Shown piece after piece: positions 43,801-54,813 of a stretch of 64,000 nucleotides of DNA. Origin of the DNA: Macrostomum lignano (Eukaryota). The DNA is taken from positions 372,001-436,000 of the forward strand of contig NIVC01000735.1 in assembly GCA_002269645.1 (NCBI GenBank). The letters run 5' to 3'. Below the pieces are notes generated by a model. That model saw nothing but the letters and a program-made list of their open reading frames with translations, did no database searches and had not been told where the DNA came from. Position 1 is the stretch's first letter, and every line of letters begins with the position of its first letter. The translations under genes and the position numbers were made by a program.

Positions 43801-45298
43801 CGGCGGCTGCGGCGGCGGTTTCCAGGCCAGCTTGCGCTGCGGGTTGGAGCTGTGCAGCTCGAGCTCCTCGCGGCTGGGCGGCACAATCAGCTGCACGGCC
43901 TTCTTGGACTGGCGCTGCTTCAGCTCCTCCGGGTACGGCTGCCAATCGGAGCCGGACGGCGCAGCGGCAGCGGCGTTGGCCTCGCTGACCGCGGCAGCCA
44001 CCGATGGGTCAATGGTCATCGGCATCATCGTTGGCGGAGGCTGGGACGGTGCCTCGGTCGCGCCGGAGCCAAAGTACGCCTTGAGCTTGTTTAGCGCCTC
44101 ATCAATGGCGGAGCGGCTCTCCGGGTTGAGGCTGCTCAAATTGATCTGCGGCTCAGTTGGCGAGGCTACCGCCGCCGCCGCCTGCTGCTGCTGCACATGC
44201 TGCTCGGTGATGACCTTGTTGAAGTTCTGCGTGTACCAATTGCGGTAGTAGGCGTCGTAGTACTGGCTGTAGTACCGCTGCATCTCCTCCGCACTCGGCA
44301 CGGCACCCGCAGCGGCCGCCGCCGCAGCTGCAGCCGCCGTGGCAGCAGACGCTTGGCCGGCGAGGTCGTTGATGTCGGCAGTCGAGGATGCAGCCGCAGC
44401 CGCTGCGGCGGCAGCTGCGTCAGACATGCTGTCAGCCAGGTTCTGCTGCATCTGGACGGACTCCTGGCTGTAGAGGCTCTCAGATGGCACGAAGGTGCCG
44501 TCCTCAGCGTACTGACTCTGCTGGGCCAGCTGCTCTGCTCGCCAGGTGGCGGCGGCCCCAGCATTGTCCCATTGCGTGTTGTCAATCTTCTCGGGCCCAT
44601 TGCTAGGCGGATACTGAGGCGCCTGCTGCTCCTGCGGCTGCTCCTTGACCATCGGCTGAGCGGGCGCGGAGGGGGCAGTGGCAGCAGCTGACTGCGCAGG
44701 CTGCGGGTTAGGCAGCATGGACACCGGCGGGAATGCAGACACCGGGGTGGCAGTCATGCCGCCGTCCGACCCGAAGACCTGGCTTGGCGGCAGAAGAAGC
44801 GGGCCGCTCTGTACTGTTGCGGTTTGCTGCTGATACAGCTGCTGCTGCTGCTGCCACTGCTCAGGCATAGCAGCGGCTGCACTGGCATAATAGTCATTGG
44901 GCACAGCTGCAGGCACTGGAGCTGCCTGCTGCGGCTGCGGAGGCGGCCAGCCGGTCTCGGGCACAATGTACTTTCCGGCCACCAGAGGACAGCCGGAGAG
45001 GGGATGAGGTTCCCAGCCGATGTCCACATTGAATTCGATTTTGTGTTTGGAGAAGCGCAGCCGAGTCTGGGCTTCGCTGTCGCGCGTGTCGGTTTGCACG
45101 CAGGCGTCCTGCACTGTGCGGGCGCGCTTGCCGCTGCCGTGCCGGTGGTGGCCGGCCTTGTGGCTGCTGCTGCGCTTGCGGTCCTCTGCAGTGACGGGGA
45201 GGCGGGGCGGGAGCTCAGGCTGGCCACGGGGCAATCGGATTGAGCAGGGGGGCGCCCGCCCTACTGCCTGATGCGGCTTGCCGCTTTCCCGTGGGTTT
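40836..45298 (-). CDS. NKRF/CDKN2AIP-like RNA-binding protein (dsRBD-like repeats plus R3H-like C-terminal domain) with long Q/A/P-rich regions; 5' end uncertain
   Basis: Exons about 45298 or 45185 to 43530, 42742-42039, 41771-40836, with phase-consistent junctions. NVFITQGGADWKNGSQEAAARQAFKLL and NPVRFLYNSGRFSNMLISFEFE...GYGYGSTIDKARGFAA resemble NKRF dsRBD-like repeats. LKF...ELGLFYRIVG...RQLLICKK...LLNDGRCGRYWVV resembles the NKRF C-terminal R3H region. Comparisons are from memory. Confidence 0.72.
42950..43147 (-). mobile_element. tRNA-derived SINE in an intron of the NKRF-like gene
   Basis: The minus strand reads GTAGCCTAGTGGTTAGAGCGTCGGACTCACGACT (A box)...GGTTCGATTCC (B box), then a conserved-type SINE body TGTGTCCCTGAGTAAGACACTTAAC...CACCCAGTTGTAAAATG. 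Confidence 0.75.
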
Positions 45299-46783
45299 CT
45301 AACAGTCAGCTTGGGACTCTTATTGATAATAAAAAAGCGCACTTGAGATGTTTAATTTGGATTCGCAGTGTTCACTGCAGCAGCAATAAGGTGGGTACAC
45401 CTGGACAGGTACTCACAGAGAGTGACAGAGCTTCTCAGATATGAAAACATGGAATATACACAAACCAAAGTCTATTGAAAATGTGAACTCCATAATGACA
45501 CCTGGATATTGAGCAGTTTACTACCCACAGGATAAGCAAGCCATCACTGCTTAGTAACCCTTTCGCTTGAGTTGTTTTGTAGCAACTCAAAACCCCCGAG
45601 CACGCACGCGAAGACACGCACTCGCACAGGGTCTACAGTGGCCCTGAATTTCTCATCGGCTGGTGCCGCTGAGGGTTAGACTCTCACGGTCGGGAGTCGA
45701 ACCCCGGGCACTTCTGGCACGACTAATGCAGTTCTTTCCACTGAGGAGAACTCAAATAGAAAGTGATCTCAAAGCAGCTAGTCGCTAAGCTAAGCTGACT
45801 ACTGATAGGCCACAAAATTTAAAGAGAAAAACCAAAAGCCGCAAGTGACAGAGTGGCTCAGCTGATCAAGGACAGCATTTATTTTGCAATTTACTGCCAC
45901 TCAAATATTGAAACTGGCTAGTCATGGCCCAGCTAATCCAGCGCTACTCCTGAAATACTTCACAGACTGTGCCTCGACTTCCATCTGCCTGGCTGCTCGC
46001 CTAAGTCTCTCGAATATTAAAGGCAAATGACGAAACAGAGAAAGAAGAACAAAACTCGAATCCAACTGGTGTTCTCAATTTACTATTTTTATCGAACAAT
46101 TGGCGGGCACAACAGGTAATAAAATGCACAGCGGTGGGTGGCAGCGGCCTCGCTCTGCCTTACCCTTGTGTGAAGACATTAAAGGTCGGCAACCTGGATC
46201 GCTAGAGAGTTCGCGCCGCCTTCCTTTGGCAGAGGCGCGGCAGGTCAAGACGGTGGGATTGGGCGATTCAATGCATGCATAAGTTTTGGCATGGCTTAAT
46301 TACAAATGTGCAATCCGATTCTATCAATAGTATGAGCTTATGAGATCAGCTTAAATCCACGTAGAAGATTATATACCTTAATATATTTTAATTAGCTCTT
46401 AACTTTTGCCGTACACATGCTAAGTAGCTTGCAAAAAATTTACAAGTTATAACTCTACAATAAAAGTACATGGATCATGAATAGTTAAGTCAAATTTTTA
46501 TATGATAGGAATATAATTTAAAAAATTCAATAAAAACATTTTGTTTTTTTGTTGGTAGAATCTAAGAAACAAAAGTCTTTAACCAAAAATGGAGATTGAA
46601 ATATAAAGATTACATTAAACAAAAACATAAGTTATGTACAAATTATAAAAGTATTCATTTTTAACTAATCTTGGCATTTCAACCCTTTGATTATAAGACT
46701 AAGAATCTTAGGATTTTCCTAATCTATATATTAGATATATGAAAAATAAATATATATTTTATTATATAAATATAAATATATAA

Positions 46784-46909
46784 ATTCACCTGGCCATTTC
46801 TATTGGCAACACACACATGTTGCTATTGGCTGAGAGCAGTCACACAACTACTATTCCATCCAATAGCGACTTACATGTGTGTGTTGCCAATAGATATGGC
46901 TAGGTGAAT
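46784..46909. mobile_element. Small MITE/hairpin with about 45-bp inverted arms
   Basis: ATTCACCTGGCCATTTCTATTGGCAACACACACATGT versus ACATGTGTGTGTTGCCAATAGATATGGCTAGGTGAAT. Confidence 0.7.
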
Positions 46910-47341
46910 ACTTAGGTTGCACTTAGGTTCAAATGTTGTTACATTTGAAAATTTATGGCAATCCTAGCAAAAATATTACAAATTTAAGTATTCTTAGTTG
47001 TAACATTTACGATTCTCTAATAAAAGCTATAAGTTTTTTAGTATATGACTATTTTGATAATAGACTATCTTTTGAATAACTAAAAATAACTAAATTTGGT
47101 AACTAAAATTGACAAAAAATTTATTTAAAGAATCAAAATATAAAACATCAACTTTTATAAACCTATTTATTGTTAAAAAACAATTACTAGGCGAACACAA
47201 TTAAACTAAATTGCTTAAAAGAATTTCTTTCATCTTATCTCTATAATCTTTTTACCTTAGAAAACTTTAAAAATTAAAATAATATATTACACTTAAATTT
47301 TAAAGATAGTATATTAAACAAATTTAAATGGTCATCCCATA

Positions 47342-47942
47342 GGTTTCAACCTACTTCAGCAAAAAAATTTTAGGCAAAAGTCAGTAATGGCAAAAGATAC
47401 ATTTGCAATGACCATTTTGGCAAAAAAAATATTCCAAGCTTCGTTGAAAAGTTTTTTGTTTTAGAAGAAAGTTAAAAATAAAAACAACAAACTTTATAAA
47501 GACAAATTTTATTGTGACATGTTTTTGTTTTGTTGCAGTTTAATTTAGTTGTATTAGTTGTATTTGTATTACGGCAGAATTTCAAAATACAATTTTAGGA
47601 GCCTGGATAATCTGAAAAACCACACCATCATCATCCCTAATCTACTGACTGCATATCAATAGACTGCATGTACATAACATAGCTATGAGCTAAGTCATGA
47701 GTTTTTTAATTTTCTAACTGCAAATAATTTGCAGCAATTATTTAATCTGTGATGATCAATGATCAATGATTTAAATTAAAAGCTTCAATCACCAAAGTGG
47801 TATATTTGCAATATATACGTAGCCTATCTTTTCGCCAAACTGGTCACTTTCTTTTGCCGTAATGTACATCTATTGAAACTTAAAATTCACTTTTGCCGAA
47901 GCGTCTTTTGCCGAAAATTCCTTTGCCAAAATGGGTTGCACC
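47342..47942. mobile_element. Mutator-type (MULE) non-autonomous element, copy 1
   Basis: Termini GGTTTCAACC...GGTTGCACC, exact 9-bp TSD CATCCCATA (47333-47341 and 47943-47951), subterminal GGCAAAA/TTTTGCC repeats. Confidence 0.85.
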
Positions 47943-48369
47943 CATCCCATAGATGCTAGAGAGATGGGAAGATAATCAACCCTTGATAGATACAAATTTG
48001 GTCATCTAGGGGCTTATAGCCTACAGTCCAGATCATACCAAGTGCATACCAATGGCCAATACTAAACAAATCTATAGTATAAATGCTAATATACTAAGAC
48101 AAATATTATAATGAAATTTGGACTATGCAAAAGACTAGCAAACATCTGATATAATTTACGAAAATGGAATGGATGATATTGTAAATCTAATAAAAATCAT
48201 AAGTTTTAATATATTATACACTGTGCATGGCAATGCAATTATAAATTAAGTTTTAATTTTAAAATTATTTTAAAATTATTTTATTTTATTTTATTTTAAA
48301 ATAATTTTTTAATTTTTAATACTATATATACTAAGGTTTTAAAATAACACAAGAAAATTCTAGTATCTC

Positions 48370-48495
48370 TTCTATATTATACTATATTATACTTCTATAT
48401 TATACTATATTATACTTCTATATTATACTATATTATACTTCTATATTATACTATATTATACTTCTATATTATACTATATTATACTTCTATATTAT
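48370..48495. repeat. AT-rich tandem repeat (TATATTATACTATATTATACTTC-like)
   Basis: Directly visible. Confidence 0.8.
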
Positions 48496-49636
48496 ATCTT
48501 CTAGAAGATAACAGTCCAATTTAGTAATAGCCACTTTGGTAAGCCACTTTGGTAACAAATGACTTATTTCATAGAGAGGATTTCTATGAGGAATGACTTA
48601 TTTCATTTGTAACAGCCATTTTAATAATAGCCACTTTAGTAACAAATGGACATAATAGTATATATTAAGTGATATACTCCAAAAGAATGTGCAAATGAGG
48701 TTTTGGAAAGAATGACAAAAAAGAATTAGGATATATTCTTGCACACTTCTAGAGATAAAGTGATATAGAAAACTAGGCCTATGTAATGCATATATGCATA
48801 TGTTTAACTTGTTCAAAAGATTTTTAACTGCAATATATTTTAATTTCTGGGAGCATCAGATATATAATTAATGACTTTAAAATAATAAGATTTACTTTAA
48901 GTTTTCATTTTTATAATTTTTTTTGCTTTAGTTTCTTTGCTTTCAAATTTTTAGAAAGCAAATGCAAGTTTAAAATAATTATAGTATAGTTTAACTTAAA
49001 AATGCAATTGTATTTGGCAATAATTTTTATATATTAAACTACTAAGTACTAAAGTTAATAGTAGTATTATTATTTTAGTATAATGGATCTTATTATCAAT
49101 TATAATATTGTGCTACATTGCACTTTTTTATATTTGTCTATAAATTGATTATAACTTCTATAATAGGCCTATAACAAACAATTTAGCTGCTAGGCCCCTA
49201 TAGTTCAAGTGACATATACACTGAGATTTCCCAGTATAGGCCTACAAGGGTATTTGCCATTTTCAATGTATATCAGCATATATCCCAATGTGTATAACAT
49301 AGTAAAAATATTCAGCTTAGATCTATGGTATATTTATATATGTTAGGATCAAATAAAGTGACTAAAGTTATATTATAGAAGGGCTTATGCTATTCTCAGA
49401 AATTTTTCGCAAAATTAAATTCTCGCCAAAATAACAACTATTGTATTATTTGTTTTAATGCACAATTTTGTTTTACCAAATAATCTTTGTTTTAATGATG
49501 CACATAATTTGTTTTAGTTTACTGATTTTTTTAATGCACAATATGTGAGCCAATAGAATAAGACATTGTTGGATAGAATTAAGAGTATTTTGTCAAAGCA
49601 GAAATTTTCAGTCAAGCATTGTGCCCAATAAAAAGG

Positions 49637-49770
49637 TGGAATACCCAGTAAAAGGGTGGAATACCCAGTAAAAGGGTGGAATACCCAGTATAGAGGGTGA
49701 AATACCCAGTATAGAGGGTGGAATACCCAGTATAGAGGGTGGAATACCCAGTGTAAAGGTTGGATTACCC
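49637..49770. repeat. About 21-bp tandem repeat (GGTGGAATACCCAGTATAGAG), about 6 copies
   Basis: Directly visible. Confidence 0.85.
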
Positions 49771-50218
49771 AGGAAAGGAGAATTTTCAGGCTGCTCCAGA
49801 TTAGCGTGATGCAGTTCTAAGTTGTGAGAGACAGTACTTAAGAAGCCAGAAACCCCTTTGTCTGTGGTAAATGTGGTGTCTAGACTGGATAATTGTAGGA
49901 ATTTAGCAGTAGTCAGCAGTGTCTTGCCGCTCGGGCACTGAAGCTACCAAGGGTAATTCGTAGCAACAATAGCCCATAATGTAAAAGTACATGTAAGTAT
50001 AGAAATAGGATTCTTAGAAATAGCAAACTTAGCAGATTTAGTACAGTTCAGTGATTAAACTTTAGAATTAAATAGAGAGAGCTTTTTTGTCTTTTCTCAA
50101 TGCACATTGCAAAAGTGCATAATTTTAGTTTGCTAGGCCTACTTTTCTCTATATGAATAACAAATTCAAGAATGAAAAAAGTGTACAACTTTGGCATACA
50201 AAGTTTAAAACATTTTGT

Positions 50219-50705
50219 GGCAATCTTCTAGTTTTGCACATTTAATTATTTTAAAGCATTTTTTATTATTTTCAGCAAAGCAATCATGGCTGGGTGCCCT
50301 GCAGCACCAACAACTATTGTTCCAGTCCCAGACCTATAACTTGCTGCTGATCTATGCAACCTGAACCCCTTGATGCATGAGTTTAATTAAATTACAGCTA
50401 CAAATGATGCACTGATCCACTGGCTAGCCAGGTACCACCTGCTACTAGCCAATAAACATTGCTGTGCCAATTGTCCTGGGCAGCCATCCATGCAGCTGCA
50501 GATATAGGAAGGCAACTGCTTTATCAACTGCTGCTGCTAGGCTTGCCCACAATGCCGGACACAGGCCTCAATCTAAGGGAACATCCTTTTCTGGGTGGCA
50601 CACTATTATGCCGTCTGATCTGAGGCATAAAACATAAAACAAAACTGTCGTTAACTGTCATTTTAAAAACAGTTAGAATTAAATGTGCAAAACTAGAAGA
50701 TTGCC
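50219..50705 (+). mobile_element. Internally deleted Merlin/IS1595-like DNA transposon
   Basis: Perfect 29-bp TIRs GGCAATCTTCTAGTTTTGCACATTTAATT (50219-50247 and 50677-50705). Near-TSD CATTTTGT versus CATTTTTTGT. Internal stop-interrupted peptide LIHWLARYHLLLANKHCCANCPGQPSMQL resembles a Merlin-type N-terminal Zn-ribbon. Confidence 0.65.
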
Positions 50706-52587
50706 CATTTTTTGTCCTAGCATACAAATGTGGTCTTGCATTTTTCCCTTACTGGACCTGGCGACTGGCATACATTAGTACATTATTTGAACTATGCCTA
50801 GTAGACCCTAGTCTTAGTATATAATAAAATATTCATTTATTCATTTTTTGGGGCTCTAAAATTAGAAATCAATACAATTCAAGCAAAAAAATTTAACAAA
50901 CAATTCTATATGACAGTAGGCTTATGCCTATATAGACTACTTTGTCTATTACTAGAATAGAATGACAGAACTGTTATTACCAACTGTTCAGCTAATACCA
51001 TATTTAAATGCCAATAAAATTGGGCATAGTTCTAGTTTACTTTGTTATATTCCAACCCCCCTACCCTTGAATAGAGGGCGAAATAATTTAATGCAGTAAA
51101 CTAGAACTATGCCAAAAATTGTCATCATTCTCTAGATTCTAGGACCCACTCTTGTTGCTGTTGCAGGCCTACAACACATACATGGGTACTAACTCGCGGC
51201 AAATCGTCTTTATAAACTTCTATTTCGAAAACTTTTCCAAATACATAGCTCTATAATATATTGGCCAAACAGGCTAATTGCCTGAGCCAAATTCTCTTAC
51301 TACTCTCTTACTACTTACAGAAGTGTTATGTAACAACAATATTTTAACGTTAGAGTTGAAACGCAAGCTAGCTAACCGATCGAATAGTTTTGTCAAACTC
51401 TGAAAGCCATTCTCTTTAGGCCCTACTCCAATCAGATTGTAAAAGAAATATCATAGGGTTGAAACGCTTAAAACTTATGAAAGTAAAAGTAAATATGAAA
51501 TAGTCAAATAGTAGTCATAGAAAAGACTACTAGACTAGATTAGAATGCTAGTCATTAATTAGCATTGCCACAACCCCCATTTATTTCTAAATAATTTTGC
51601 GTTTCACAATTATCTTTTAACCAAATATAATAATTAGAGCTCTACTACATGAATAGTAGTTCTGATGTAGTTCTGATAAAGCTCGCAATAAATTTAAAAA
51701 AATGCAAATAAAATTTTGTTTTACTGTTTCGGTGTTTCTAAACAAAGTTTATGACTTAAAAACATGTACATGCCTAGAAAAACAGTTTCCGTTATATTCA
51801 AAATACCAAAACAAAATAAAATTTTATTTACTTATCAGACACTTCTAAAATAATCTATGATGAAACTTCTTGCAAACATAATTTTAAAAAGTGACGTGCA
51901 AGCATGAACACATCACCAGTATGATATAATTTAGTCGTTTTATTCACTTAGTCATAGTGTTTTGTACTCTTTACTTTGCATTTTCTATATACTATAAATA
52001 TCTCAATCGAAAGCAAATGATTACCCAAAACTCTGTGTTCATTGCGCTACTTTCGTTACTTACTTCCCTTTCATTAAATCTCCCATTTTGTGAATTCTTG
52101 TGAATTATTCATAATCATAACCTGTTTTTGATTTCCTATTTAAATTAATGACAGCTGGTAGCTTCTGGTGCTATTAGCCTTGAACTTGGCTATCTTTTGT
52201 ATGCTGACTGTGTACACTTCATGTTGAACCTGAAAATTTTATATGCCAAGTGTTATGCCAAGATTGTTAGTGAAAGCAAAAATACACTGGAAAGTTCTGG
52301 CATAAAAGCCACTTTCCAGTCCATGGCTTCCAGCTCCAGCAAAAATTGTCATATTCGATATTGTCATATGTGGGTAACAAGAAAAACAACTAAATTATCT
52401 AAATTGTCATCGTCTCTGCATTTAGACAATGCTGGATTCACTAAATTGTCATATTATATTTATGTTTCATTGTTTGTGCAAGGATCTTGGCTCTCATAGT
52501 GGCAACATGTTCTTGTTTGATAAATGATTTTCAACTTTAAATTATATTTATACCATCTGCTTAAAAGATGCAAAGCCTTGGACTAAT

Positions 52588-53158
52588 GGTTTCAACCTAC
52601 TTCGGCGAAATAATTTTCGGCAAAAGTCAATAATGGCAAAAAATACTTTCATAATGAGCATTTTGTTTAAAGCTGACCATTTTGGTGAAAAAATTTATTC
52701 TAAGCTTTGCTGAGAAGTTTTTTGTTTTAGAAGTAAGTTAAAAAAATGATAAACTTTAAAGAGACTAATTTCATCTAAACATGTTTTTGTTTTGTCGCAG
52801 TTTAATTTAGTTGTTTTATTAGATGCCCTTCCATTATGGCGGAATTTCAAAGTACAATTTTAGGAGCCTGGGATTTAATCTGAAAAACCACACCATCATC
52901 ATCCCTAATCTATCAATTGCATATTGATAGATTGCATGTACATAACATAACTACAAGCTAAGTCATGAGTTTTTTAATTTTCTAACTGCAAATAATGAAC
53001 AATTTATTAAAAGCTTCAATCACCAAAGTGGTATATTTGCAATATATACGTAGCCCATCTTTTTGCCGAACTGGTCACTTTCTTTTACCTAAATGTACAT
53101 CTATTGAAACTTAAAATTCACTTTTGCTGAAGCGTCTTTTGCCGAAATGGGCTACACC
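52588..53158. mobile_element. Mutator-type (MULE) non-autonomous element, copy 2
   Basis: Homologous along its length to 47342-47942; a different exact 9-bp TSD, TGGACTAAT (52579-52587 and 53159-53167). Confidence 0.85.
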
Positions 53159-54813
53159 TGGACTAATTCCCATATTAAAGTTAATAGTCTAGCTGAACTT
53201 AAGGTTTAACCATAGAATACTGAGCTAATATTAACAGAGTATTCTTTGGGTTTAAATAGGAATTAATAATAGAAAGATTATGTTTTAATAGTTTGATAGC
53301 TTTATAATTAGAAGCAGATTTATTTTTAAGCTTTATTTAAAATATTATTTCTTAGCTGTTGTAAAAATTTGCTTTTAATTTATTCTAGTGTCCTATGTTA
53401 TTTTGTTTAACTTTGTTTTAATTCTAAGAAATTTGATAAATTTGTCATATTTAAATGATAAAGTCTTAGGGATTGGCTAAGTTGTCATCATCATATGACA
53501 ATTTAGAATATAACAATTTTGATCATACCCTTGCTTCCTCTTTGCACTTTGTCTCATAAAAGGGTGCGCAGCATAAAAGGGATACAAGTATAAGACAAGA
53601 AGCAGTTAGACTATGTATAGAAGATAAAGACTAAAGGCCTAGTACCTAACAATATATTAATCAAGATATAAGTAAATAGCTTTTAAAATCCAGAAATACT
53701 ATATTCATATAAATATAAACATGTATAAATAGTAGTATCTATTTAACTACATGAATAACAAATTGGCTTTTTGTCCAGTATAATAAACTAGACAAATAGT
53801 GAAATATCTATTTATCTAAGAACCAGAAAAATAACCATATTGCTTTGTCTGGTAACTAGACAAATAACAATTGCCAAACTTAATATATATTTTATGCAAA
53901 AGATTAGTTAAAATGAAAAAAAGGTTTACTTTTTTAGATTTTTGTTATATTTACTTTGCATTTAAAGATTTTGAAATTAAATTGGAATTAAATTCTTTTG
54001 CTTTTATAACTAATTAAAACTATAAATGAGATCCTTGTCATTGATTTTGTGTTTATCTAACTTTCTTAGCATGCGTGCTTTGTATTATAGCCTTGTATAT
54101 AGCAAATTTTATTTTTTTCAAATAGATTATTCAAAATAAAAATAGCATGCCAGTTTTAAAAATAAATAATACTTTTTAAGGTAAAGAAAAAGTGTTGTAA
54201 AGCTTCATTAAATTATTATTAAAATCATGGAAACCTTAAGCATAAAGTCATTATAAAAATAAAAGCAACACAATAAAAAATTTTTTTAATTCTTCACTAT
54301 GTATTTGCATCATTAGTAATTAGTTATATCTGATATTTTGTTGCCCCTAGTCAAGAAACAAATTTAATATGATTTTTGTCTATTATGAAAAATGTCAATT
54401 TGTTCATTCATGGTTTTATTGTACGCCTTAATTTTTTTATTGTAACATTGTATGTTTGCATGGCATTAATAGATAGCAATTTATTTATTTTCAGTTGCAA
54501 TTTGACTTGTTCAAAATCAATAATGGAAATATGTAAGTCAAATGACACTTTATTTTCAAGATACTAATAATTAAAAAAATGTATTTGATCTCAATATTGA
54601 CTATGGTCTTCACAGATATTTAATGTTTATTATTTTTCCCCACTTGCCAATGCATTTTAGTGCAGCAAGCTGTTACAAATTACTGCAAACTTGACAAAAA
54701 GTTGGACTCCTGTACAACTATGTAAGTACTAACATGGTCAGGCTGTCACCTGTGCTATTGTCTTGTCTATGCAGGCCACTTCCATAGGACTCACCAATTC
54801 TTGCACTTTGCAG

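Noticed and set aside
45640-45760. Second tRNA-like B-box remnant (GGGAGTCGAACCC)
   Set aside because: Too degenerate to call; possibly a SINE fragment.
52146-52499. Possible upstream GluRS exon
   Set aside because: The peptide does not resemble the EPRS N-terminus, and its donor phase (0) does not match the downstream candidate acceptors.
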